Origin: the human T2T-CHM13v2.0 reference genome, Homo sapiens | Assembly: GCF_009914755.1 (NCBI RefSeq) | Contig: NC_060932.1 | Direction: 5' to 3' (one strand) | DNA: 64,000 nucleotides | Shown: positions 25,629-38,844 of the stretch, piece after piece | Layout of the letters: the number at the start of each line of letters is the position of its first letter | How positions within the stretch are numbered: position 1 is the first letter of the stretch | Translations under genes and position numbers: made by a program | The notes under the pieces: generated by a model | Databases searched by the model: none | What the model was told of the DNA's origin: nothing | Seen by the model: only the letters and a program-made list of their open reading frames with translations

Positions 25629-28420
25629 GGCCTTCTTGGGTGGCACAGGCCATGGCAGTTCCACAGCATGACGTGGTTGCTGTGGGTGGTAGAGCAGACA
25701 TGCCGCTCCCCGTCACTGCCTGGCTTTGATGCTTGCTTTCTTCAGCTGAGAGGACGCAGCTGTGATATGAAGGTCTTGTGTGTACAGTCGTGACCTCACA
25801 TTTCCAATTTCCTGCTGGCAGAACCCACAGTCTACAACGTACGAGCACCAGAGTTGACGTGAGACAGACAGCATACAGAGGCTTGTAACATCCTTCTGGA
25901 AAACACTGTGTAAGCTTTCAGTGCGAATAAACATGATCAGTGGCAAGTTCTGTTAGATGTAGTCTGCAACCATCCTGATTTTACTGGGCAAGACTATGTT
26001 GATTTACAGGCGGCTGATGATTCCATGGATAGCCCACTACTAGTATTTTTACAAATTTCACAAGACATTCTTACTGGAAGATTGCCCTGTTCTTATGATA
26101 CTGCTGCCCTTTTAGCTTCATTTGCTGTTCAGACTAAACTTGGAGACTACAGTCAGTCAGAGAACTTGCTAGGCCACCTCTCAGGTTATTCTTTCATTCC
26201 TGATCATCCTCAAAATTTTGAAAAAGAAATTGTAAAAATTACATCAGCAACATATAGGCTTATGTCCTTGAGAAGCAGCAGTTAATTGCCTAAACACAGC
26301 AAGTACCTTAGAACTCTGTGGAGTTGAATTGCACTATGCAAGGGATCAAGTAACAATAAAATTATGATTGGAATGATGTCAAGAGGAATTCTGATTTATA
26401 ACAGGCTATGAATGAGTACCTTTCCATGGTCGAAGATTGTAAAAATTTGTTTTAAGTGCAAACAGTTTTTTATTCAGCTTTGAAAATGACTTGCATAAAT
26501 CTGGAGAAAGATTATCAGGATTTAATATGGTGAATTATATGGCATGTAAACATTTGTGGAAAGCAAGTTTAGAACATCACATATTCTTCTGTTTGGACAG
26601 ACCACTTCCAACTAGAAAGAATTTTTTTGCACATTATTTTACATTAGGTTCAAAATTCCTAATGCATGGTGGGAGAACTGAAGTTCAGTTAGTTCAGTAT
26701 GGCAAAGAAAAGGCAAATAAAGACAGACTACTTGCAGGATCCTCAAGTAAGCCATTGACGTGGAAATTAATAGTTTGGGAAGTAGTAGGCAGGAATTCAA
26801 TATCTGATGAAAAGATTAGAAACATAAAGCCTTCCATCACAATTCCCACCCGGAACAGGAATTCCTACTCATCAAAATTCTGCATTCATACAAGAGGGAA
26901 CCTGATTATGACCATCTTCTGTTGGTCATTTGGTAGATTATGTGGTTCACACTTCTTCCAAATATTTGCAAATCAGACATCACCATTATCAGCACAAGCT
27001 AATAGCATCATTCTGGAATCATCACTATTACAGGACACCCCTGGAGATGGGTAGCCTCCAGCTTTACCACCCAAACAAGCTAAGAAAAACTGTTGGAACC
27101 AAATTCATTATTTACATTTTCAACAAGATCTGGAAGATCATATTAATGAAACGTTGATGTTCTATCTTCTCTTAAAAAATCTGCTCCTAATGGTGGTATT
27201 CTACATGATAATCGTGTTCTAATCCGAGTGAACCTGACGAAAATGGAAGGTTTGGAGTCAATGCAAAGGGGGATATGATCAGAAGATGTCTGTGATCGTG
27301 TCCTGAGAAGCACCAGGAACACCTTTGACCTCAGTGACTCTCGATTGAAGAGAAGACCAAGTTGTATTGATCAGTGCTTGGGACTTTACAGAACACACCC
27401 ATGATTGGGTTGTCCTGCTTTTTAAAGCCAACTGTGAGAGACATTCTGGGGAACTCATGCTTCTAGTTCTACCTATGCTGCATATGATGTAGTGGAAGAA
27501 GTGCTAGAAAATGAGACAGACTTCCAGTACATTCTGGAGAAAGCCCCACTAGATAGTGTCCACCAGGATGACCATGTGCTGTGGGAGTCAGTGATCCAGC
27601 TAACCGAGGGCTTATCGCTGGAACATTCTGGACACAATTTGATCAACTTATCAAAAAAAAACTTGGAATGACAATTTCTGGTGCCAGATTACCTTAGAAC
27701 CTTTGCAAAAATAGATAGAGATAGTTTTCCTTATGATGTTACATGGCTTATTTTTAAAGGTAATGAAAACTACATCAGTGTAATTCCAGCATCATAAGTC
27801 AGAACAGTGCTTGTCAAGGGGCGTTACCACACACTTGAACAGATTTTTGGCAGATGACTTGGGAACAAGGCTCCTCCATGTTTGTAATGTTGACCACACA
27901 AGTTGAATGTGGCAGAGTTAAATGACCCCAATATTGGCCAGAACCCACAGGAAGTTCATCCTATGGATGCTACCAAGCCTTCTGCCACTGAGAAGAAGGA
28001 AGCACTGTCTTTATCTTCAGGAAGATCACACTGCTGTTTAACCAAGAGAACAATTAGAGAGTCATCAATCACGCAGATCCAGTACAGAGGGTGGCCTGAC
28101 CATGGAGACCCTGATGATTCAGTGACTTTCTGGATTTTGTTTTTCATATGCAAAATAAGAGGGCTAGCAAGGAAAAACCCCTTGTTGTTTCTTGCAGTGC
28201 TGGAGTTGGAAGAACCAGCGTTCTTAATACTATGGAAACAGCCATGTGTCTCATTGATCTCATTGAATGCAGTCAGCCAGTTTATTCACTAGACATGGTA
28301 AGAACAATGAGAGAGCAGTGAGCCGTGATGGTCCAAACACCTAGTCATTACAGTTTTGCGTGTGAAGTACTATTTTGAAAGCTTATGAAGAAGGCTTTGC
28401 TGAAGAAAGCAAAAGGAAAA
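25629..28420 (+). pseudogene. PTPN4 (pseudogene copy): Processed pseudogene of PTPN4 (FERM-PDZ-PTP, PTP-MEG1) in AGPAT5 intron 1
   Basis: Intronless, degenerate match to PTPN4 along its length: start GTG-TSHFQFPAGRT (25790); FERM LQISQDILTGRLPC..AALLASFAVQ, NFFAHYFTLGSKF; PDZ PDENGRFGVNAKGGYDQK; PTP WPDHG and SCSAGVGRT; YEEGF near the end. Many stops (e.g. TGA 25860) and frameshifts; A-rich end; 12-bp TSD AAAGAACTTTGT at 25617-25628 and 28421-28432. Confidence 0.95.
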
Positions 28421-29099
28421 AAAGAACTTTGTCATCTGTTAGGTTCCATTTATTGCATGATAATTGTGTTTGTATTGATTATTGGGCAAGTAGCTGTTTG
28501 CTATTTTGATCTTATTTCAGAAGGGCATAATAATTTTACTATTCAATGAAACGTTTTAAACGGGGTAGAAAAAGACTAGTTTTTGTATGCTTTACAGCAG
28601 AAATCTTATAATGATTAACTGGTAATATATTTCGTTGGCATAAAAATACATTTAAAAGTTCAAGTAATTATAAACATTGTAAATTGTATATGTAATCATA
28701 TTGAAATTGAAATTCTTTATAGCTGTACTTCTGTGTAATCAAAGACTGGGGAGAGATAGACTAGCTAGCTCTTTCTCTTATCCATTAATCACTTAACAGA
28801 GTTTTGAATAAAAAGTTCCATTTCATGGGATAAGAATAATGACAGGTTAACCTATTTCAGTTGGTTACTATGTTCTAGGTGTTGTATGAAGTAGTTTACA
28901 TAGTTTCACTGATTTCACTACAATCCCAGGAGGAGTAGTTACTATTATTACACTCATTTTACAGGCAAAGAAATAGGTTTGGAGGGGTTGGGTGTTTTGC
29001 CCAAGTTCTCATCGTAAAATGACAGATGAGGATTCAAATTCAAGTCTTAATTGAAGTCCATTACTTTAGAACCTACCTCTTAGTGGCTCTTATGTTACA

Positions 29100-29760
29100 G
29101 TATAAGGGAGAGCAGACTGTTCCTTTACCCTTGTAGGGTAGCTAGGGCTTGTGAATTAAGAGACTGATTAACAGGAGAAGAGGCATACACATTTTATTGA
29201 CGTTAGTATTTTTACATGCACAGGGAAGGAGGGTTTTATTTTTATTTTTATTTTTATCTTTATTTTAAAGAGACAGGGGTCTTGCTGTGTTGCCAGGGCT
29301 GGACTCAAACTCCTGAAGCCAAGCGATTCTTCTGCTTGAGATTCCTGAGTAGCAGGGACTATAGGTGTGCTCCTCTGTGCTTGGCTAAAGAAGGGGTTTG
29401 TATGTGATTTTTAACAAAGGCTGATAAATTGTGAAGAAGTGACTAGTCAAAGGAGAAGAGGATTTCAGCTCCCAGGGGTGGTAAATTGTGGGAAGATGAC
29501 TAGGAAATGTATAGTAATAAGGTTTGCTATGCAGGTTTATTTTGCCAGTTTCTGGTCTCCTAATAAGGGACAGGGAAACACCTTTACAGATGGAAATTCA
29601 TATCACCTTTCCACAGGGAAATTTATGTCCTGCCTTAGGCAGTTAGGGGAAGGGCAGAGAATTCTTCCTGTATCTGCTGTGTCTCAGGTGCCTTCAGCTC
29701 AAAATAATCCTTATGCCAAAGGAGCATATTTGGGTGTGGCATATTCTCTGATCTCTTTCA
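29100..29760 (-). mobile_element. MER34-like ERV1 LTR with an inserted Alu monomer (~29235-29390)
   Basis: ccttcagctcaaaataatccttatgccaaa...gtggcatattct..ttca is the reverse complement of the MER34 5' end. Confidence 0.68.
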
Positions 29761-32256
29761 ACAGCATCATCTATACTTAACAACAGCAAAAGTTTTTTTT
29801 AAAAAATCATGTTTCAAGATTTGCATGTGGAAGACAAATGGACATGATTGAGATAAATGAAGAATATATATTTTTTAACAAAGAATGCTGTATATTTATG
29901 TCTCTGTGACATTGTGTTATGGAGGCTAAGGTGTTAAGCATGTGATTACTTTAGATGCCGTATGACTACCTGTTTTTAAGATTAAAAAAGAATCAATAGG
30001 CAGTTTATATGTCATGGGAGCAAGTTAAAAACAACACAGATGTGATGAAGGCGAGGTGAAACTGGTCCGCATCTAATTCAGGCCTTCTCCTGAAAGCCAG
30101 TGTGTGCAAGATAAATAAGTTTGTTTGACGAAAGCAGAATAACTAGTTTGTCCTTTGTGATGAAGATAGTTATTCAGAAATCATTTTTATTGGCTACCTC
30201 TGAATTAATAAATGAAAAGAGAAATTTTTTTTTCTGTAGGGGATGTCTGATGAGTTCTTAAAAAGTGGATGAACCTGAAATTATCATGAACAAGCAATCA
30301 TAATGAACTTAAAATTACTTAAAGAGTTATGAAAAACAAAAAGAAAAGCCGTATGTTTTCTTGTGCCTTATTTTGAAGTGACAAATTATTTGCAGGGTAC
30401 ATTTGTAGACGGAACTAATGTGATTTAAAAAATGAGTACTAGATTTACAGAATGAAGCCTTTAAAAAGTCACTGGTGCACTTTAATTATTTTATTTATGT
30501 TTATTCTGAAACTACCTTTATTTTGAAAATGAGGTATAGCTTTGCCTACTGGTGACAAAAGTGTAAATAATTCAGTAAACATCTGTTAAAAACCAGCTTG
30601 GTGCTAGGCTCTTGGGGTAGAAAACTGATCAGGCCATTGAGGAGCTCATAGTCCCTAAGGGGCTGGGGACTTGTCATTAGGTGTGCAGTGTGTTCTGGAT
30701 GCTCCTGAAGGAGTGTGGGCAGGTGCGCACCACCATGCCTGGCTAATCTTTTTATAATTATGTAGAGACAGGGTCTGGCTGTGCTGCCCATGCTGGGTTT
30801 GAACTTCTGGGCTTAAGAGATCTTCCCTCCCTGCCCCTACCGACCCCGCCCGCCCACTCCACCTCAGCCTCCCCAAAGCACTGGGATTGCAGGCATGGGC
30901 CACTATGCCTGGGCTGTGCAAAACTTTTAAATCAGTGCATACTCAATGGTCTTGATGCAGTTCTGGCTTGTTGGTAAGAGAATGGGGATTTACTCACAAG
31001 CCACGATGTCACTTTTAACTCTGAACAGATCAAGCTATTGGTATTACTCATTTATGTCATCGATAAACTTTATGAATAAAAACTCATTGTGCAAATATTT
31101 AAACATACTACATACATAGCACTGTGCAGTTTCTAAGGAAAGTAATGGAAACCTTTGTCACATCCCTGGCTTCCAGAACTTTATGTTATCTAAGTGCATT
31201 TGTCTGCAAAGTTGTTGGGTTAATTGCCCCTTTCTTTCTTCTCTTTTTAAGATATTAATAAATAGTGTCATGACCAAAAGATAATCCTTATGGACAAGAT
31301 AGATCTAAAAAGCCTTAGCTAATTTATAATCTTGCATAATCCATGATGACAAGATGCAGAAACAAAAATGCCCAGAATAAAAACTTAGCACCGTTAGCAG
31401 CCATTTCCTTTTAAGTCTTTACAAGTATACTCCCAGTTTCTTGAAAAATTTATTCTAAAATATGTAAGACACACAAAACAGCAGAAGGACTAATACAGGT
31501 ACATCGAACACCTGTGTGCCTACCGCCCAGTTTAAAAATAAACTGGAATGATGTTTCTCTCATACTTACAGAATAAAGTTTTAATCTTTAGCATGGAATT
31601 CAAAAGACTTCTGCCATTCCAGTTCAGAGCCACCCTTCTGGTCTCCTTGCTCCTCAGCCGCGACACTGCCCATGTACCCAACAGGCCTCCAGGGTTACTG
31701 CTTCCATTCGTTCTTATTCTCATGAACATTTTCCTTCATCTCATCTGCCAGAATCCTACCTAATAATACTCCTGCTCTGCAGTTTACAGTTCTTTAAAAT
31801 TAAAAAAGGTTGTGTACCCTTTAGTGTCCTGAAAAAAGAAAAAACAAATTTAAAACCTTAAAAAGGTACCATATTTTCATAGTATTTGCGTTATGTCTCA
31901 TTACAGTTCCTGTGGACCTGTCTGTCTCTTTTACTAGATTGATTGTGGGCTCTTTGAAGGAAGATATATCTTATGAACAGTGTTTTATATATTGTTAGCA
32001 ATCAATGAATGCTTGCTATATTTTTCTCATGAGGATATTGATTATTCTATTTTAATTTATTACCTGTACTATACATAACTGCTTTCTGTACCTGAGCTAT
32101 TTATGATCTCTGAGGCTCCTGTGAGAAATCTAATTTTTGTTAATCATGGATGGAAATATTCACAACATCATTCGTCAGTTTCTTCACATTGTCTTCCTTT
32201 GTATATTACAGATGTTTTAAAATATCAAAGTAATGTTTTTTTGTTTTATCTTTTAG

Positions 32257-32326
32257 ATATTGCTATATGGAGATTTGCCAAAAAATAAAGAAAATATAAT
32301 ATATTTAGCAAATCATCAAAGCACAG
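32257..32326 (+). CDS. AGPAT5: AGPAT5 coding exon 2 (ILLYGDLPKNKENIIYLANHQST), start of acyltransferase motif I NHxxxxD
   Basis: Polypyrimidine tract + ttttag| acceptor, donor CAG|GTTTGT; 70 nt, continues the exon 1 frame. Confidence 0.96.
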
Positions 32327-34763
32327 GTTTGTATTTCATTTGCATGAAACCTAGGTTTTTCTACAGATGGCACATGGGCATTCAAAATACCGTTCTTATA
32401 TTTAAATGAAGTGGGTTTTTTAAAACAGCAATTTTCTGTGCAGATATTACACCTGTTCTTGTATTTTTGTGATTTTACTTTTTGGAAAGTCAGAAACTTG
32501 AAAGCTATGAATTTTCCTAAACTTACCTTCTCCCTCTGTTGGATGTAAGTAAGCTATCTTCTTACTTGCTTGCTTTGTTTTTCCTTTGTGTAGCTCTTTA
32601 AAGAGTGTATTCATTCTTTTTGTAAGTGATGTTTGTAGAAGTAGCATTGGTGGGTCGAAGTGTGTATACATTTTACATTTTTGATTGCTAAGCTGCAGAA
32701 AAGCTGTATTGGTATGTAAGTACTCGTTTCCTTACTATGCTCGTCATTTCTAGTGTCTGCTCTTCCTTTCCTTCTTCAAATGGGTTTGGTTTAATTCTAG
32801 TTGCTACTGTTCCATCAGAGGAATTGCAGAGAACTGGTCTTCAAAATAGTGCAGTATATACTTTAGGTGAAGATACTTCTAAAAACCTTTGTATTTTGAG
32901 GTAATTCTAGAGTCCCAAGAATTTGCAAAAAGAGTACATTGTCAGCAATATTTTTCCCAATGGTGACATCTTAATATAACTGTAGCACAGTAGCAGAATC
33001 AGGAAATTGTCATTGGGTAAGGTACTTTTTAATTCTCCAAATAATTCAGCCCTCCAAAAAAATCCCACTTCTTATGTTTTCAAACCTGTAGCTACTTTTG
33101 ATGCGTACTTCCTAAATTGCATTTTTATTACTTTAAAAAATATAATACCTAGAAGCTCAAAGCTGGAAACAGCCTGATCAATATAGTACTCTTAAGCTAA
33201 AAACAACCTGATCAATATAGTACTCTTAGGGAAATCACTTATGCCTGTGGCTTTTTTTAAATTTTCTTCCTGTCAGCTGTCTCTTCATGATTTTGTGGTT
33301 TTTATTACTGCTTATACCATAGATGAGGTATAGAAAGTAAAAGAAGTTAAAATGCATTTTTCTCAATTTAGTGAATTAATGATTACATTCAGATTTATAG
33401 GACAAGGGTTGAAGCTACAAGGGGTTGATAGGAATCTTGATGTATCTGAGTATTTTCCCCAACTTTATTACATGACTGGTTCAGACTATTTTATCTAATT
33501 ACATTTCACTCTTGGCAGAAATAGCAAAACAGTCAACCAATGGTCAATGCTGCTGAGAACTCTGGCCTGTGCAGACATATTGGCTGTTTTACTTCTAATA
33601 CCATTCTGCTTTTCCTGTCCTGCTGCTGATGGATGTTTCTTCCAGGTTTTAAATATCAAACAAAAGGGATCTGTGGGCCCAGTACAGGGAATGGCTCTTG
33701 ATAGATTTGATTTTCCTGCATTTCCTTTATTTTGATCCAGTGTTAATTTCATGTAGAGTTGTCTGTTTAACAGGATTCTCTTAAAATTCCTTCTTCAGTT
33801 TACCTGCCAGCTTTTCTTTGTCCAGGTTTCAGTATGAACTCCACTCGATTAATAGAGCTCTCTAGTAGTGACTTGTGGAGTGGGTTCTCTGAACATTTCT
33901 GGAAGTGTTGCTGATAGTGATAATATTGATCACTAGTACTGTTAATTTGTGTGCTTACTACATGTTGGCTTTTATATGTATTCCTTCAGATTAAGGACTT
34001 CTAGAAAACATCCATGAAAAAACAGATTAAAAAAAACAATTCTGCATGTATTTGGGACTAGAAGGTACTATGGGAAGGATAATCTTCATACTCAGACCAT
34101 ACTGACCTGAATTTCATTTATCAGTTTAGAGAACCACTTCCCCTTCCCTTCACCCTACCTCCGAGTGCCTGTGACTTTGTATCACCGCTCTGGCACCACA
34201 TCCTCATCCCAGCAGGATTTGGGAAGGCTGCTTTTTGAAAGCCTTTTAAAATTCTGTAAGTTGAGAAAATACTAGGGGAATGATTTTAAATTTCTTTAGA
34301 ATTACAGGCTTTAGTCAGTATATGACAGAGCCTTTTCCTAGAAAAATGTGCATATAAAAATTTGCATGTAGTTTTAGGGTTTCAGAGACCCCTAAAGCCT
34401 ATCCATAGACGTGGTTCATTGTCTGATTGTGTTTAGGTACCCTTCTAAAACCCTTTTGAGATGTTAGGAATCACAACAGAGTATCTCTGAAAATGTAATT
34501 AGCGGAAAGAACATTTCAAAGACTGTTGTTCTGCTTAGACTTTCTAGTTTGTCTTCTGCCAGGCTTGCCGGAATAAATGAGTTTCCTGGCCTGATACTCA
34601 AAAGAATTGACATTTAAATTAGTCTCTCTCTTCCCTTGTTTTCGCTTGACACATCCTTGTCTCTACATTCTGTCTCTGTCTCTGTTAGCTTATTTCTCTC
34701 TCGAGTCAGCAGGATATAGTGGCTGTTATTTCTTCCCCTTATCCTTCAACGATCTACTTTTGA

Positions 34764-35068
<305 letters not shown>

Positions 35069-37781
35069 GCTATTTGCCTTTTTAATCTCATGAAATGTTC
35101 TCTTTTCTTGGCTGAAGTGTCACTTTTCTTGTTGAACAGCATGCGTGGTGAGTAGAATGTTATAAAAAGGGATGGACTTTGGAGTTAGAGAGACCCAGGT
35201 TCCTGTTCGGCATTGCAGAAATGCTGTTCTGCAATAGGCTGTGTGTCAGTGGGCAAATTACTTATCTCTCAGAGCCTTATTGGTAAGGTGTGAGTGATAG
35301 CTCCTTTCAGGCACCTTACAGAGGCTGTCTCCTAATCCTGGTAGCGTACCTGGCTCATAGATGGCATTTAAAAGTGGTTGTGATGACAGTCATAGCTCAC
35401 CATTAGCATAGCGCTGGATCCATGGCAGGGAAGCGCTGCACATGCAGTATCTCTTGGACTACACAGGGCCCTCATGAATTAGGAACTGCTGTTTCATGAG
35501 GATAGGGATGAGGAAATTAGACTTGCTGCCCCTCACTGCCTTCCACTCCTCTCCTCCAAGTTAATGGGAACTATGACTCTGCTTTGGCTTGATTGCCATG
35601 GAAGATTCTCACACAGCCAAATTTATTGCTATCTTAGTTAAATTATGCCAGAACACAAAATATGAAGTTATTGTCAAAGTAATATAATCTCAGCTGTAAC
35701 TGAGATAGTCAGAAACTGTCTGTAATCTGGTGTCCTATCTGAAACGTAGCTGAGAATAAACAAGAAATAAAGAGAATTCAGTAGCAAATATTGGTGACAC
35801 AAAGCTTTTATATTTTGACTAGTTAAGCTAGTTCTTAAATGTTTCCACTAAAATATTCAAGTTTAAGGGCATAGCCCAGGGCAGCTTATTATGAACATGA
35901 TGTATTTTGGAAATCTTACACTTTCTCTTAAAAGTTCTTGGGAGGGGCATGTGAGGCCATAATATAACCATAAAACCATTTGTTTTAAAATAAAACCCAT
36001 TTTTAAAATTCTTCCAAATAAAAAAATTATTGCAGGAAAAAATGCTAAACCTGGTTTTTAACTTTGTACGCCAACTATATTTCCAAGATGTGCTGTAGCC
36101 TGGTAACCATACAGAACCATACAGAATTAGTTCTCAGAATTTATTGTCTGCTTACTTTTGCATTTGGTACAGGTATAACAGGGTCGATTATATGGTTTCT
36201 AAGACATGACTAGAAAGAAATATGTTTATCAGTTATTATTTCTTCCATCTAAATTAGAAGGGGCTAGGGAGAGGGCTTCAACAGGAATTTATATACTTTA
36301 GAGAAAAGTGATCATTGATAGCCCAATAGTATAGATATCTCAACCCAATAACACAGGTTGTGTCTGTCTCTGGGATCATACACTGTAGGGGAGAATCTTT
36401 GCAAGCAACATTCTACTTATAGGGAGCCATAACAAAAGTTTCATATGTATAATAATTATAAGTCTTAAGTCATCAAGAAAAAGTTAACTTGTGAATGATA
36501 ATCCCTGATTAAAAAGAGAGATGTATAATAATGGATAAGAGATTTTTCTTGGTTAATTTTTAGTATTAAAATGGCTAAATCTTCTTTGGGATATTCTGAC
36601 TAGTATGGTGCATTGTCTAATAGATTTCCCATAGCTGAGAGCTAATCATCTTGTAATCTGTGGAAAACTGTCCTCTTTGGCTAAAACTTTATTGTAATTC
36701 CTCTAAATCCTCAGCTTTTATTTTCTACAGACTTTTTTTTTTTTTTTTTTAACATTTCCTTCCTCTGACTCACTCCTTTTGTTCTCATTTTCATGGCCTG
36801 AGAACATGGGTGATGATAGAATTATTCTTTTCACAGATTAACAGTTTTCTTTTCGAGTATCGTTGAGCTCATGTGTGTATTAACTAGAGAAGTCTCCCTT
36901 AACATTTCATTTTTATGTTTTCTTTCTCATCAGGAGACAGTTTGTAGCCATTTACTTTCAAATCCAAGTTTCTGCGGTTCTTAAGACCTGTATCATTTGT
37001 CTCCTGAATTTCACTTCATTTCCTCTTTAAACCATGTCCTCTGTTTCCCATCTTCTGCACCCACTTTGCCACTTCCTGTTTGTTTAATTGGCAAGGGCCA
37101 CTCTCTGTGTTGGAAATTTTTTCTTTTTGAAAGCTCAACTTACAACTTCTAGGAAGTTTTTTATTGCTACTGTTATCAATTCATACCATCTTACCCTTGT
37201 TTTTGCAACCCTTTGTTAATAACATATTTATTTAACTATAGTTATTAGCAGTCTGAGATCATTTTACTTGGTTACATAAGGAGCACATATATCTACCCAG
37301 CATCATTGTAAGGCATGTGAGACCTTTGTTTGATTGCTGTCCTAACCTAGTACCGAGTCCTAAAAACTCATTAGTAGAAGATGAAGTGTCCTTGCCTTTT
37401 GCTGAACATATATATACACACTGAATATTTAGTGGCAATTCATAGTTGCATTTGGCCATTTTTTGTTTATAATTTCCCCTTTCTCATTAAAAAAACTTTG
37501 TTTTCTAGACTTTAGGATTTAGAGAAGCTCATTTTGTTCCATACACATGCTGCTGTTGGATTATTTAGGTATTTTGTGACTGTATTTTATCTTTGAAATA
37601 AAAAGCCTTTCAAGAAATGCAAAAAAAAAAAGCTCAAAAAACAGAAAATGTATATTTTTTAAATATCTCAGATAGATTTAAAGAAATTTTAAACATCCTA
37701 ATCATAGTACTTTTGAAGCCCATTCATAGTACAACCTGTGAAGAGCCTCATGTACGCGCTAACTGGGTCCTGTCTCTGCAG

Positions 37782-37897
37782 TTGACTGGATTGTTGCTGA
37801 CATCTTGGCCATCAGGCAGAATGCGCTAGGACATGTGCGCTACGTGCTGAAAGAAGGGTTAAAATGGCTGCCATTGTATGGGTGTTACTTTGCTCAG
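37782..37897 (+). CDS. AGPAT5: AGPAT5 coding exon 3 (VDWIVADILAIRQNALGHVRYVLKEGLKWLPLYGCYFAQ)
   Basis: ctctgcag| acceptor, CAG|GTAACT donor; 116 nt; completes NHQSTVD. Confidence 0.96.
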
Positions 37898-37941
37898 GTA
37901 ACTTGTTTCCATGCTTTTCTCTCTATATATGTAGTTTATAA

Positions 37942-38232
37942 ATTTTTTTTTTTTTTTTTTGGAGACAGTCTCACTTTATTGCTCAGGCTGAGTGCAGTGG
38001 TGTGAACACAGCTCACTGCAGCCTTGACCTCTGGGGCTCAAGTGAACCTCCTGCCTCTGCCTCCCAAGTAGTTGGGACCGTAGGTGCCCACCATCATGCC
38101 CGGCTAAATTTTCTATTTTTTGTAGAGATGGGGGTCTCGCTGTGTTGCCCAGGCTGGTCTTGGACTCAAGCAATCTGCCTGTCTCAGCCTACCAAAATGC
38201 TGGATTATAGGTGTGAACTGCCATACCCAACC
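37942..38232 (-). mobile_element. AluJ 45 nt downstream of exon 3
   Basis: Poly-T plus a diverged antisense Alu. Confidence 0.82.
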
Positions 38233-38384
38233 CTATAAAAATGTTATATTTTAAAATTTAACAATATACTTCATGTGAATGTATGGTTTTTAAAATGGGT
38301 TTAATAGTTTATTCTCAGTTGAAGTAATTTTGTTTGGCATTTTTAGTGGTGTGTATTTATATACGTCTGATTATCCATATGCGG

Positions 38385-38692
38385 TTTTCCTTCAGCATCT
38401 GTGGGGATTGGTTTTAGAACCACCACAGATACCAAAATCTAAGGTGTTCAAGACCCTCATATAGAATGGGATAGTATTTGCATATAACCTGTGCACTACT
38501 TTAAATCATCTCTAGATTACTTATAATATCTAATACATTATAAATGCCATGTAAATGGTTGTTATACTTTATTTTTTATTTGTATTATTTTAATTGTTAT
38601 ATTATTTTTAATTTTTATTTGTTCACATATTTTTGATCTGTGATTTGTTGAATCTGCAGATGTGGAACTCATGGATGTGAAGGGCCAGCTGC
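38385..38692. mobile_element. MER2 (Tigger-family MITE)
   Basis: gataccaaaatc, gtatttgcatataacc, ctttaaatcatctctagattacttataata motifs. Confidence 0.75.
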
Positions 38693-38844
38693 AGTAAAAT
38701 GAAAGAGCAAAAATGCAAATGTACAAAGTTCAAACAAATAGGAAATTTAAAGGCATAGAATTTGATAGGCAATTACATTAAACTGTTGATAACAGTAATT
38801 AGTGATCTGTATGATATTAAAAAAAAAAAGCAAACTGTATATAT

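Noticed and set aside
26491-27054. 187-aa ORF as a functional retrogene
   Set aside because: Drifts in and out of the PTPN4 frame through frameshifts; the surrounding copy is full of stops
30042-30093. Intronic GTGATGA...CTGA as a C/D-box snoRNA
   Set aside because: Only ~52 nt between the boxes, no terminal stem, no recognisable rRNA guide, and not positioned near a 3' splice site
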